NCBI GenBank assembly: GCA_039630545.1 | Contig: JBCNUU010000002.1 | Location: 1-64,000, forward strand | Reading direction: 5' to 3' | Length of the DNA: 64,000 bases | From: Endomicrobiia bacterium | GTDB taxonomy: Bacteria; Elusimicrobiota; Endomicrobiia; DTEH01 | Part shown: positions 9,501-19,163 of the stretch, one piece after another | Layout: each line of letters begins with the position of its first letter | Position numbering within the stretch: the first letter of the stretch is position 1 | Program-made: the position numbers and the translations under genes | Notes under the pieces: generated by a model | What the model saw: the letters and a program-made list of their open reading frames with translations, nothing else | The model's database searches: none | What the model was told of the DNA's origin: nothing

Positions 9501-10622
9501 CAGTCAACTACTGCACAGATAACAGTTATAGTTAACAATCCTTACTATCCTTTATATATTCAGGTGAATCCTCAAAATTCAGGCAGTGTTACCAGATATC
9601 CTAACAAACAAGTTTATCTTAAAGGTGAACAGGTTCAACTCTATGCCACAGCTTCTTCAGGTTATAAATTCTTAAATTGGTCTGGAGATATCCAGACAAG
9701 TTCAAACCCTGTAGTGTTAATAATGGACTCTACTAAAACAGTTATTGCAAATTTTGAAGTTATTTCTTCCACTTCTCCTTTAGAAGACAACCTTCCAGAA
9801 ATCTGGATAAATCTAATAAATGGACAGACAGTAAGTGGAACAATAGAACTTAAAATTGTAGTTAGTGATGATTATGGCATAACTTCTTTAAGTGTTTACA
9901 AAAACAATTCTCTGGTTATTAGTTTAACAACTTCTACTCTGGTTTCTAATGTAAACTATATCTGGGATACAATCTTAGATACAAATGGAATTTATGAGAT
10001 AAAAATAGAAGCAAAAGACACAAACTCACAGGTCTCTGTTAAAACTGTTGCTTTAGTGGTAAACAATGTTGCAGGTAATCTAACCCCTAAAGTAACCCTG
10101 CCAGCTTTAACTCAGGGAAGCGTTATATCAACCGTAGTTGAAGTGGTTCCTGTTATAGAGAATGACGATGAGATTATCAAGGTAGAGTATTATCTTGATG
10201 ATAATTTAATTTATACATCCACCCAATCTCCTTTTAGTTTTACAATAGATCCAAAAAATTATACTTCAAAAAATTATACTTTTGTAGTTTTAGCATATGA
10301 TGCTTCAAACCAGGTAGGTTCATATTCTGTAAATATAACTCTTTCTTATTCTCAGCCTGAGCCAACAGGTTTGAAGTTAAAATATTTCTTAAGCTTAAAT
10401 GAAGATGATAAAAATGAGGTTATAGAATTTAAATCTGACAAAGAAATTGAAGAGATAAAGATTTATGATATAAGAGGCAGACTTCTTAAACAAATAAAAG
10501 AGAATTTTGTTTGGAATGGAAAAGATAATAACGCTAACAAATTAAAACCCGGTTTTTATATCTATAGATGTAAATTTAAAGATGGAACACTTCAAACCGG
10601 CAGTATCCTGGTGGTAAAATAA
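6558..10622 (+). CDS. Clan GH-A (GH5-like) glycoside hydrolase with inserted CBM4/9-like domain, Ig-like and InlB-like repeats and a C-terminal sorting domain
   Basis: 'KPAGKYGFV..DGHFY..RIKFLGVN', 'RLAKFGINIARLH'; acid/base 'EIINEHG'; nucleophile 'FTVTEYNHP'; CBM4-like 'MLKNADFSQG..W..WHVQFNQ..YTLSFYAKAD'; CTD 'LSLNEDDKNEVIEF..IYDIRGRL..WNGKD..PGFYIY..GSILVVK'. Confidence 0.8.
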   Translation: MKLILLTFLVYVLSLLPLSAQTFYFYLPWDDSSSNVCDISWLNHKPAGKYGFVSAGTDGHFYAGSQRIKFLGVNFTSDACFPLKTQAEQVAKRLAKFGINIARLHFLDNPWGYSIFGYAGTYTTTRSFNQEALDRLDYFISKLKENGIYVNINLVVGRNFMPGDGLPSSINQLDWKQKQVPAMFYEPMIDLQKEYAYNLLTRLNPYTSTYYNNEPAVAMVEIINEHGLIQGWLDRTIDILPQEFSENLRQKWNNWLVNKYQTHSNLVSSGWALSEPLGQEMLKNADFSQGFTYWNREQQSVARASFTIVNEGPNGERAVKIKIENTSSTSWHVQFNQPGLVVFSTRPYTLSFYAKADRNTSINVQIGQAHEPWQILGFDRVINLTTYYQLFTFELTVSSGDTNARVNFSNMCKELATYWLSNISFRPGGNVGLLAGENLDNGTVGIIKYQERNLRTQKAQRDWIEFLHQLEENFWLTMYDYLKNTVGIKCAITGTTVGLTSVPNIMSKLDFVDTHSYWHHPVFPGTAWNMNNWYVTNATLVKDLDGGTISEMAMRRVYGKPFTVTEYNHPAPNTFSAECFIFLAAYAAFHDWDGIFGYTYSHSTSFDTKRITGFFDLHQHPVQFASFIPAALIYRRGDISSSNGNYVVVNVTKQDEINQALTTWAWRLIHANDLGLNRRTAMLYKTAMIVEGGPQPQNYLTPSQVQLPTNNYYVSDTNELKWDTSNGVFIGDASKVKFLVGYLQNQEYTLSDNIVIRNVNSIQNKWAVITLNSIDGKTFSELNSTTTTGQILITALGACGNPGMNWMVYPNTPISFPPPVNQNITVGNQWGGSTSFVEGISCDIVLPYLASRVKVYALDNTGARKTVVPITVENNKAKFTISHIYQTLWYEVEVSTTETTQIVDNPPNLTIVSPGDNSIVFSTVAIRASASDDFGVSKVEFYIDNLLVYTDNLSPYEFIWHTTSTTNGLHYIKAIAYDTLNQSTTAQITVIVNNPYYPLYIQVNPQNSGSVTRYPNKQVYLKGEQVQLYATASSGYKFLNWSGDIQTSSNPVVLIMDSTKTVIANFEVISSTSPLEDNLPEIWINLINGQTVSGTIELKIVVSDDYGITSLSVYKNNSLVISLTTSTLVSNVNYIWDTILDTNGIYEIKIEAKDTNSQVSVKTVALVVNNVAGNLTPKVTLPALTQGSVISTVVEVVPVIENDDEIIKVEYYLDDNLIYTSTQSPFSFTIDPKNYTSKNYTFVVLAYDASNQVGSYSVNITLSYSQPEPTGLKLKYFLSLNEDDKNEVIEFKSDKEIEEIKIYDIRGRLLKQIKENFVWNGKDNNANKLKPGFYIYRCKFKDGTLQTGSILVVK

Positions 10623-10630
10623 ATTTTCCT

Positions 10631-10660
10631 GGAACTTTATTATCTGTAAAAGTTGTCTAA
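10631..10660 (+). promoter_or_regulatory. ECF (sigmaE-type) promoter
   Basis: GGAACTT(10631-10637)-N17-GTCTAA(10655-10660), matching the RpoE-type consensus GGAACTT-N16/17-GTC(T/A)AA, about 20 nt before ATG 10680. Confidence 0.7.
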
Positions 10661-10679
10661 TGTATTAAAAGAAAACCTT

Positions 10680-11078
10680 ATGAAAAAATTAGATATTAAA
10701 AAAGTAAGTGTTTTGTTTTTCTTTTTGATATTTGCAGTGCCACTACTTAGTTCAAAAATAAAAATTAAAATAAAAACTCCTCCTAAAGTAGTTATAACTC
10801 CTAAGTTGGTAATAATACCTGAAAGTAATGTTATGTATGTAGCCAATTTTGATGACTTTGAAGTTTTTTACTTTGATGGAGTGTGGTTTTGTTACTACGA
10901 TGGCTACTGGTGGAAAACAAAAGATCTTTCAAAACCCTGGGTGATGGTGGAAATAAAATATGTTCCTTCAGCAATTATTAAACTGCCCTATGGCTGGAGA
11001 GAAAAAATTAAACATAAACATTCCAATCACCATGAAAAAATAATAATTGTTCCAAAGAAAGGAAAGAAAAAAAGATGA
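10680..11078 (+). CDS. Small exported hypothetical protein with an aromatic-rich beta domain and a basic His/Lys tail
   Basis: ATG 10680 is in frame with ORF 10653, whose TTG lies in the promoter. Signal-like 'VSVLFFFLIFAVPLLS'; 'FYFDGVWFCYYDGYWW...PW'; ATGA overlap with GH8. Confidence 0.7.
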   Translation: MKKLDIKKVSVLFFFLIFAVPLLSSKIKIKIKTPPKVVITPKLVIIPESNVMYVANFDDFEVFYFDGVWFCYYDGYWWKTKDLSKPWVMVEIKYVPSAIIKLPYGWREKIKHKHSNHHEKIIIVPKKGKKKR

Positions 11079-14000
11079 AAGCAGAATCTAAAAAGTATTT
11101 ACTGCTATTATTTTTATTAATAAGTTATTCGTTTTCTGCTAACTTTCCTTTTCCTCAATCGGTAAACTATCCTTACGGGATAAAGCCAAATAATGTAAGT
11201 CAGGACACAATGAATAATGTAGTTTTAACAGCCTTTAATAACTGGAAAAATGCATATCTTACCCAGTCAGGATGCCCTCAACCTAACATGTGGCGTGTTA
11301 AAAGACCTGAAGGTGACCAAAATGGCAACTACAAAAATGGTACTGTATCAGAAGGTATAGGGTACGGTATGTTAATAACAGTTTTAATGACAGATAGCAA
11401 TGACAATACAAAACAATATTTTGACGGACTATTTAGGTACTATAAACACTATACCAACAGCAAAAACTTAATGCACTGGCATGTAGATGCTAATGGCAAT
11501 ATTGTAGGATATAATGCTGCTACAGATGCGGATGAGGATGTTGCTTTAGCACTTTTATTTGCACATAAGCAATGGGGAAGTAGCGGTGCTATAAATTATC
11601 TTCAAGAGGCACACACAATAATAAATGCTTTGATGACACATTGTGTTGAAAGTGGGACATATGTATTAAAACCTGGTGATGTTTGGGGAGGTTCAAATGT
11701 TACTAATCCTAGTTATTTTGCACCTGGTTTTTATAAAGTATTTGCCGCCGCTACTGGGAATGCTAATTGGAATAATGTTGTAAATAAGTGTTATGATATA
11801 ACAGGATATTTCTATAACAACTACACTACTGCTTTAGTTCCTGATTGGTGTCAAGCATCCGGTGCACAGGCATCAGGATATTCATATGATTATAAGTATG
11901 ATGCATGCAGGTTTCCCTGGAGATATGGCATAGATTATCTCTGGTATGGCAACAGTTATGTTTATAATCATCTAAAAAAACTTTCTAACTGGATAAGTTC
12001 TGCCACAGGAGGGACACCTTCCAACATAAAGGATGGGTATCAACTCAACGGTAATGTAATTGGTCAGTATAACAACGCTTCTTTTGTGGGGCCTTTTGCA
12101 ATTGCTGCTATGTGTGATAGTAGCTTTCAAACATGGCTTAACAACTTATACACCAGACTTGCAAGTTTTTCACAAGAAAATTACTACAATGACTCACTGC
12201 GGCTTTTAACTTTGTTAGTAGTAACAGGAAACTTTCCTAATTTGTGGAATTTATCAGACACTTTAAACTTATACATTGTAAATCCATCATCTGGAAGTAT
12301 AATTGAAGGTAGCACCACTGTAGTTGTAAATGTTTATACAGCTGGCACTGTAAGCAGTGTAGAGTTTTATGTAGACAATGTCTTAAAATATACAGATACA
12401 TCTTCCCCATATAGCTGGGTCTGGGACACAACACAATACACAGATGGTGTTCATGAACTTAAGGTAGTTGGTTATACAACTTCTGGAAGTAGTGACACAA
12501 AAAAAGTATGGATTATCATAAATAACATAAAACAACCACCTGCTATTCAATCTATCTCTTTACAGGACGGTTCAACAGTTCAAGGAACTGTTAACATTTC
12601 TGTGAATGCAACAGATGATGTAGGTATCACCAAAGTTGAATTTTATATAAATAATGTTAACATCTATACTAAAACATCTGCTCCTTTTTCCTACAGCTGG
12701 AATACACAGAGTTATTCTGATGGTGAATATTCTTTAAAAATAAAAGTATATGACACAGACAACCTCTCCACGGAACAACAACTGAAAGTATATGTAGATA
12801 ACATTGATTCAAAACCAACAGTAAGATTTATTTCTCTACAAAACGGAACAACACTTCAAGCTACAGTAAATATCCAGATAGAAGCCTCAGATGACAGAGG
12901 AATCTCCAGAATAGAACTTTATATAGACAACACACTTCTTTTTACTCAAAACAACTCAACAAGGCTTAATTACTCCTTAGATACCTCTTTGTATTCGGAT
13001 GGTCTTCATGTTTTAAAATCTGTTGCGTATGACACCCAAAATCAAACTTCACAGGTCGAAATTAGCGTTTATTTTGACAATATAGACAATCCTCCTGCTT
13101 GCAGAATACTTTTTTACGAAAATCAGCTAATTTCTGGAACAGTATTAATACCGCTAGTCTACTCAGACGATAAAGGGATTTCTAAAATAGAATATTACAT
13201 AAACAATGTTTGTGTATCTACTAAAACATCGCATCCGTTTGATTATTTTTTAAACACTACACTTCTACAAGACACTCTATATTCACTTAAAGTTATTGTT
13301 TATGATACTATTCAACAGTCAACTTTTAGCGTAGTAAATGTAATAGTTGACAACACAGCCCCACAGTTGAACCTGGAGTTGCCTTCTAATTTATCATATG
13401 TTTCAAAAATTACTACAATTTCTTTTTCAGCTTCTGATAATTACTTACTTTCAAAATTTGAAATTTATGTTAACTCAAATCTATTGTTAACAAAAACTCT
13501 ACAACAAACTTCTACTTATTTTGTATATCTGTGGGATACCCAACAATTCTCATCCACGACTGCTATAAAAGTAGCAGTGTATGACAAAATTAATAACTCT
13601 ATATCTAAACAAGTATCAGTATATGTAGATAACCAGCCACCAGCAATTACAAGTATAAACTTATATAATGAACAGGTTCTATCCGGCACTATAAAAATTG
13701 ACATTTTAGCAACTGATAACTTTAGCATAGAAAAAATAGATTTTTATATAAACCACTCTCTAATACAAACCTTAAATCAGACACCATATTCTTTACTCTG
13801 GCAAACAAACAGCTATCCAGATGGTAGACACTTATTAGAATTTGTTGTGTATGACAGAGTCAACAATTTCTCTAAAACCTCGCTGGAGGTAATTGTAAAC
13901 AACTCAGGAGATAAACCACCAGAAGGAGCAATCATAGTGAGTTCAACCCACAACATAATTTCAAAAACAACCGCAATAAAACTTCAAGCAAAGGATGACA

Positions 14001-15016
14001 ATCTACTAAAATCACTGTGGCTTTATCATAACAATATCTTTATTTCTTCTTTTAACATTACTTCCAGTAGTTTTTCTTATGAATATTTACTGGATACTAC
14101 AAAATTTAATGATGGCAATTTTCAAATCAGCATAAAGATTTATGATTCCTTAACACAATCTACATCAATCGTTAAAAATTTAATAATTGACAATACACCA
14201 CCTGTAATAAATTTTATAACCCCTACGAATAACTCTGTTGTTTCAAACATATGCAGTTTTCAAATAGAAGCTTATGATTCTATTTTGTTGGCTTTTTTAG
14301 AGTTTAGAATGCTAAATTCAAACAACGAAGAACTCTTAAAAATATCAACTCATACAGGCTATTTGACTTTTACTTTAAACACAAAGCAGTATTTAAACGG
14401 AACCTACTTTATAAATGTAAAAGCATGTGATATAGTAAATAATTTATCAGAAAAATCAATAACAATATATATTGCAAATGAAGATGAGAAACCACAAATA
14501 ATTCTGACTAATATTACCGATAAAATGAAAGTATCTGAAATTTTAAAGGCAGAAGTTTTATTCTCAGATGACTACGGAATAGCAAAAATAGAGTTCTACA
14601 TTGACAACCAGCTTGTTGATACTTACACAGTGTCTTCTTCTTCTGGAAGCTATGTTTTTAGTTTTAACACACAATTTTTAACTGACGGTTATCATGAACT
14701 AAAAATTATAAGTTATGATACCTCATATCAGACTGCTGTAAGTGTTGTTGAATTTTTTGTGGATAACATAAAAGATAAGATGATTTTAACATTAGATGAA
14801 AACAATATAAACAATGTAATAGATTTCGGAGAGTATATTGAAGAGTTAAAAATTTACAATACGAATGGGGAACTGATATATCACACACTTCATCAGAATA
14901 AATGGGATGGGAAAACCATAAATGGAGACTATGTAAAAAGTGGTTTATATTTATATTCGGTAAAAAAATTAAATTCTGATAAATTTAACTATGGAGTAGT
15001 TTATATTTTAAAATAA
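11075..15016 (+). CDS. GH8 endoglucanase (CelA-like) with nine tandem Ig-like domains and a C-terminal sorting domain
   Basis: 'TVSEGIGYGM', 'NAATDADEDVALALLFA', 'NPSYFAP', 'YKYDACRFPWR'; nine roughly 90-aa Ig units ending V/I-D-N or NN; CTD 'LTLDENNINNVIDF..WDGK..SGLYLY..GVVYILK'. Confidence 0.92.
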   Translation: MKAESKKYLLLLFLLISYSFSANFPFPQSVNYPYGIKPNNVSQDTMNNVVLTAFNNWKNAYLTQSGCPQPNMWRVKRPEGDQNGNYKNGTVSEGIGYGMLITVLMTDSNDNTKQYFDGLFRYYKHYTNSKNLMHWHVDANGNIVGYNAATDADEDVALALLFAHKQWGSSGAINYLQEAHTIINALMTHCVESGTYVLKPGDVWGGSNVTNPSYFAPGFYKVFAAATGNANWNNVVNKCYDITGYFYNNYTTALVPDWCQASGAQASGYSYDYKYDACRFPWRYGIDYLWYGNSYVYNHLKKLSNWISSATGGTPSNIKDGYQLNGNVIGQYNNASFVGPFAIAAMCDSSFQTWLNNLYTRLASFSQENYYNDSLRLLTLLVVTGNFPNLWNLSDTLNLYIVNPSSGSIIEGSTTVVVNVYTAGTVSSVEFYVDNVLKYTDTSSPYSWVWDTTQYTDGVHELKVVGYTTSGSSDTKKVWIIINNIKQPPAIQSISLQDGSTVQGTVNISVNATDDVGITKVEFYINNVNIYTKTSAPFSYSWNTQSYSDGEYSLKIKVYDTDNLSTEQQLKVYVDNIDSKPTVRFISLQNGTTLQATVNIQIEASDDRGISRIELYIDNTLLFTQNNSTRLNYSLDTSLYSDGLHVLKSVAYDTQNQTSQVEISVYFDNIDNPPACRILFYENQLISGTVLIPLVYSDDKGISKIEYYINNVCVSTKTSHPFDYFLNTTLLQDTLYSLKVIVYDTIQQSTFSVVNVIVDNTAPQLNLELPSNLSYVSKITTISFSASDNYLLSKFEIYVNSNLLLTKTLQQTSTYFVYLWDTQQFSSTTAIKVAVYDKINNSISKQVSVYVDNQPPAITSINLYNEQVLSGTIKIDILATDNFSIEKIDFYINHSLIQTLNQTPYSLLWQTNSYPDGRHLLEFVVYDRVNNFSKTSLEVIVNNSGDKPPEGAIIVSSTHNIISKTTAIKLQAKDDNLLKSLWLYHNNIFISSFNITSSSFSYEYLLDTTKFNDGNFQISIKIYDSLTQSTSIVKNLIIDNTPPVINFITPTNNSVVSNICSFQIEAYDSILLAFLEFRMLNSNNEELLKISTHTGYLTFTLNTKQYLNGTYFINVKACDIVNNLSEKSITIYIANEDEKPQIILTNITDKMKVSEILKAEVLFSDDYGIAKIEFYIDNQLVDTYTVSSSSGSYVFSFNTQFLTDGYHELKIISYDTSYQTAVSVVEFFVDNIKDKMILTLDENNINNVIDFGEYIEELKIYNTNGELIYHTLHQNKWDGKTINGDYVKSGLYLYSVKKLNSDKFNYGVVYILK

Positions 15017-15031
15017 AAAGGAGTTTTAAAG

Positions 15032-17149
15032 ATGAAATTATTTTTTGTTGCATTTGTATTTTTAGTTCATTCAGTCTTTAGCCAGGATTTTGAAGTTGAG
15101 GATTTTAATTTACCTCTTAAAAATTGGTACTTTATGGGAGACCAAGGAAGCGGTGGAGCTTCTATATGTGATACAAAAGTTGTAAAAGAAGACAATGAAA
15201 ATATCTTGGAGTGGAGTTATCTTCTTCAAAAAACAGACAAATGGGAATGGTGTTATACTACTGTTGGAAAAAGTTTTGAAACCCTAAAAAATCTTTCAGA
15301 ATATAAAGCTTTGCAGTTCAAAATAAAAAGTTCAAATCTAAAAGAATACATCCTTATAAATTTAGTTACGAAAGATAGAAACTTGAATATTAATAAATAT
15401 AGCCAGTATGTTATAAAAATCTCAACCTCATGGGAGCTGGTAGTAGTGCCTTTTAAAAAATTTAGAATAGTAGGATGGTGGAAGGGAAGAAATAAAGGTT
15501 TTAGTTCTGAGATAGAATTTGACAAAGTAGCAGGCTTTGAGTTTTCAAAATCTGGAGTAAGCGGAGAAAAGGGAACAATTTATATAGATAAAATTTCATT
15601 CGTTAAAGACTATACTAAAGAATATGAACCTAAAAAAGATTTCTTTTTCAATATATACAAGATAACCTCGCCAGCTCAATTATCCAACTATCAATTAGAA
15701 GCAAAAGTTTTTTGCGATGAGGTTTTTAATCCGCCTTATAAAAAAACTGATGGAAAAATTCCACAGTTTTTATATGGAACAAACTGGGGTATGTGGTTAT
15801 TTTCTTTCCCAGACAAAGAACTTGTAAAATCTTTAAAGCTAAAAGTTATAAGAGCAGGCGGAAACTTAATGAGCCGATATAACTGGAGAACTTCAAGATA
15901 TAGAGACACTTCTACTGGAGAAACTTATGTATATGAACTTCCTAAAATAGATGAATTTGTAAATTACTGCAAAGAAATAGGAGCTGAGCCACTTATTCAG
16001 GTTAATATGTTAGGCTATGCACCAAATGAACAGAACAATGATAATTTTGAATTTTGTATGGACGAAAAAGATGCTGCTGACTTGGTTTATTATTTAAATG
16101 GTATAAAAAAGTATGATGTGACTTTTTTTGAAATGGATAATGAACCATTTATATGGCATCTTACACATAAAGATGTACAAAAAAATCCCTTAAGTGTAAA
16201 AGAGTACTTTGATAGACTAAAAAAATTCGTAATAGCAATGAGAGAAGCCCAAAGTAAGGTTTCAAAAAAACCCCTTAAAATTTTTGCTCCAGCTATTACT
16301 ACCTCCTGGCTTGACTGGGGAACTTATGCCGATGTTACTTATAATGGCTGTGAGGGAGCAGTTGACTATCTTATTAAAAAATGTGCAGAGTTTGAAAAAA
16401 ACAAAAAAGAAAACCCAAAAGGTTATCGTCTTATAGATGTAGTATCTTTTCATATATATCCAAGATTTAGAATTAACTGGGAAGATCCTTATGATTTTAT
16501 ACCACAAGGAACAGAAAAAATGTTAGAGTCGACAAGAACTTTCTGGGATGAAGAGTATATAAACTACTATGATTACAACCAGGTAAGAGGAATTATCCCA
16601 AGATTAATTCCTAGATTTAATGAATGGATTTCAAAGTATAACCCCTCGTTAGAGCTGGCAATTACAGAAATAAACGTGGATTCAATGGGAAAAGTGAACT
16701 ATCCAAATGTTGTAAGACCATTGTTTATGGCAGATATTTATGGTATAGCTGCAAAGTATGGACTTGACTATATTATGCAGTTTTGTTTAAACGACTATGA
16801 AGGAGGCTTTGGTATGTTAAACGAGGCAGATGAAGCAAATGTAAATTACTATGTGTTTAAAATTTTTTCTGAAAATTTTAGCAACGGTTATGTTTTAAAT
16901 ACAACCAACTTGTCATCTAAAAACATAGGTTTGTACGCATCTAAAAATAATGATGAGATAAATATAATAGTGGTAAATAAAAACAGTTCAGATCTTCCTA
17001 TTAAGTTAGAAATAAATTCTTCCGGAAATACTTTATCTTCAGTTTTTACTTTCAAAAAATATTCTATTACCTTACTTAAGACTAACAAAAAATATCTTTC
17101 TGAAAAAAATTTAGAATTTGAGGCTCACGAATTAGTAATTCTTCAATAA
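15032..17149 (+). CDS. CBM11/CIA30-like domain plus GH44-like endoglucanase/xyloglucanase; no sorting domain
   Basis: N-terminal 'NLSEYKALQFKIK..WELVVVPFKKF..GTIYIDKISF'; GH44-like 'RAGGNLMSRYNW', 'MDNEPFIWHLTH', 'ELAITEIN'. Confidence 0.75.
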   Translation: MKLFFVAFVFLVHSVFSQDFEVEDFNLPLKNWYFMGDQGSGGASICDTKVVKEDNENILEWSYLLQKTDKWEWCYTTVGKSFETLKNLSEYKALQFKIKSSNLKEYILINLVTKDRNLNINKYSQYVIKISTSWELVVVPFKKFRIVGWWKGRNKGFSSEIEFDKVAGFEFSKSGVSGEKGTIYIDKISFVKDYTKEYEPKKDFFFNIYKITSPAQLSNYQLEAKVFCDEVFNPPYKKTDGKIPQFLYGTNWGMWLFSFPDKELVKSLKLKVIRAGGNLMSRYNWRTSRYRDTSTGETYVYELPKIDEFVNYCKEIGAEPLIQVNMLGYAPNEQNNDNFEFCMDEKDAADLVYYLNGIKKYDVTFFEMDNEPFIWHLTHKDVQKNPLSVKEYFDRLKKFVIAMREAQSKVSKKPLKIFAPAITTSWLDWGTYADVTYNGCEGAVDYLIKKCAEFEKNKKENPKGYRLIDVVSFHIYPRFRINWEDPYDFIPQGTEKMLESTRTFWDEEYINYYDYNQVRGIIPRLIPRFNEWISKYNPSLELAITEINVDSMGKVNYPNVVRPLFMADIYGIAAKYGLDYIMQFCLNDYEGGFGMLNEADEANVNYYVFKIFSENFSNGYVLNTTNLSSKNIGLYASKNNDEINIIVVNKNSSDLPIKLEINSSGNTLSSVFTFKKYSITLLKTNKKYLSEKNLEFEAHELVILQ

Positions 17150-17197
17150 GGTTAAAAAATCTTCTCTTGTAGAGTTTTAAAGATTTTATGGAAAATA

Positions 17198-17257
17198 TTG
17201 ACAATGCTATAAATTTTTTTGTAATTGATAATACATGATAACACAACTAGAAGGAGG
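17198..17257 (+). promoter_or_regulatory. Putative sigma70 -35 and strong RBS of GH48
   Basis: TTGACA at 17198-17203 with a weak -10 (TAATTG, about 17222); AAGGAGG at 17251-17257 before ATG 17262. Confidence 0.45.
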
Positions 17258-17261
17258 ATAA

Positions 17262-19163
17262 ATGAAAACAAAAAATATATTTTTCCTGGTTTTTATATTC
17301 CATTTTTTAATTTTTTGTAAGGAAAAAACAGTTATACTTTCTGCTGAAAAACAAAAAATTAAATCTTATAAAGAAAAATTTCTTGAGTTATATAATGAAA
17401 TTTATGATCCTTCAAATGGTTATATTTCTCAAGAAGGAATTCCTTATCATAGTATTGAGAAGTTAATCATAGAAGCACATGATTATGGAAGACATACCAC
17501 AAGTGAAGCAATATCTTTTTTAATATGGTTAGATGTGCTTTATGCATACTTTACAAAAAACTGGCAGCCATTTGAAAAATCCTGGTTAGTAATGGAAAAG
17601 TATTATATTCCTGATAAAAAGACAGAACAACCTAATATGGATGCATATAACTTTGACAAACCAGCTTCATATGTACCTGAATATCTTGACCCTTCTAAAT
17701 ATCCAGCACCTGTGATATTTGATGAACCTGTTGGAATTGATCCTCTTGATGATATAACAGCAAAATACGGTCATCAGATGTATTTAATGCACTGGCTTAT
17801 AGATGTAGATGACTGGTATGGTTTCAGTAAATACTCTGGTGGTAGAAAAAGAGCCGTGTTTGTTAATCTTTTTCAAAGAGGCGGAAATGAATCCACCTGG
17901 GAAACAATTCCACATCCTTCAATTGAAAATTTCACTAACAAACCCCAAGGTTTTGTGGATTTATTTGTTCAATCAAATGCAAATCAATGGAGATATACCT
18001 GTGCTCCTGATGCTGAAGCAAGGGTTGCTCAAGCTTTTTACTGGGCTGAAGAGTTTGCAAAACAACAAAAGTGGGGAAAAATTTCTGACTACAGATTAAA
18101 AATGTATGAAATGGGTGACTGGCTGAGATACTGTATGTTTGATAAATACTTCAAAAAAATAGGAGCAGGCAGAACCCCTGGTAGAGGATACGATAGTTGT
18201 CACTATTTAATATCATGGTATATTGCTTGGGGTGCAGCTTTAAACGAAAAATGGGCCTGGAGAATTGGCTGCAGTCAGGTTCACTGTGGTTATCAAAATC
18301 CACTAGGAGCTTACTACTTAGCCAAGATAGGTGTTGATGACTGGGATAAGTCACTTAAAAGACAAATAGAACTTATTGAGTTTTGTCAAGCTGTAAATGG
18401 AGCAATTGGAGGAGGAGTTGTAAATGACTGGGAAAGACCAAACGGTCCATTTTACGGCATGCAATATTGTCAGCATCCGGTTTATTTAGATCCACCAAGC
18501 AATTCCTGGTCTGGATGGCAATACTGGTTAATGGAAAGAGTATTTCAATATATTTATGCTTCTGGTGATAAAAAAGCATTTAAAATTTGTGAAAAATGGT
18601 TAAAAGAATGGGCTTTAAAAGAAATGAAACTTAAAGATAATGATATAGAAATTCCTGTAGGAATTGATTGGGAAGGATCTGCTGATAATTCTCCAAAAGA
18701 CTTAAAATGTAAAGTTACTGGTTATGGTAAAGATGTAGGATTAATTGGAGCTTTTGTAAAATGTCTAATTTTCTGGGATCAGGCTAACAGAAAATGGTTT
18801 AACAAACCTCAGCAAGAAGCCCAGCAAATAGCCAAAAAAATACTTGATATTATGTGGGAAAAATACAGGGATGATAAAGGTATAGCTACTGAAGAAGAAA
18901 GAGCTGATTACGCCAGGTTCTGGGACCAAATTGTTCCTGTGCCAAAAGGGGTAAAGAAAGTCTTTCCATGGGGTAAAGAACTTAAAGAAGGAGTTAAATT
19001 TTTTGAAACAAGACCTGATTACGGAGAACCTTTACCTCCAAAAGGTCCTTATAACCAAAAAAATCCTCCACCGAAGTATAAATATCATAGGACATGGCAA
19101 CAAATAGCAATTGCACTTGCATACGGCTACTATAGTATGTTTTATGAGGAGATAAATCAATGA
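17262..19163 (+). CDS. GH48 processive cellulase, catalytic domain only, possible lipoprotein
   Basis: 'KFLELYNEIYDPSNGY..EGIPYHSIEKLIIEA.DYG.HTTSEA', 'YLMHWLIDVDDWYGF', 'FQRGGNESTWETIPHP', 'WRYTCAPDAEAR', 'HYLISWYIAWG', 'HPVYLDPPSNSWSGWQ', 'YHRTWQQ'; N-terminal K-K, hydrophobic stretch, Cys19. Confidence 0.93.
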   Translation: MKTKNIFFLVFIFHFLIFCKEKTVILSAEKQKIKSYKEKFLELYNEIYDPSNGYISQEGIPYHSIEKLIIEAHDYGRHTTSEAISFLIWLDVLYAYFTKNWQPFEKSWLVMEKYYIPDKKTEQPNMDAYNFDKPASYVPEYLDPSKYPAPVIFDEPVGIDPLDDITAKYGHQMYLMHWLIDVDDWYGFSKYSGGRKRAVFVNLFQRGGNESTWETIPHPSIENFTNKPQGFVDLFVQSNANQWRYTCAPDAEARVAQAFYWAEEFAKQQKWGKISDYRLKMYEMGDWLRYCMFDKYFKKIGAGRTPGRGYDSCHYLISWYIAWGAALNEKWAWRIGCSQVHCGYQNPLGAYYLAKIGVDDWDKSLKRQIELIEFCQAVNGAIGGGVVNDWERPNGPFYGMQYCQHPVYLDPPSNSWSGWQYWLMERVFQYIYASGDKKAFKICEKWLKEWALKEMKLKDNDIEIPVGIDWEGSADNSPKDLKCKVTGYGKDVGLIGAFVKCLIFWDQANRKWFNKPQQEAQQIAKKILDIMWEKYRDDKGIATEEERADYARFWDQIVPVPKGVKKVFPWGKELKEGVKFFETRPDYGEPLPPKGPYNQKNPPPKYKYHRTWQQIAIALAYGYYSMFYEEINQ

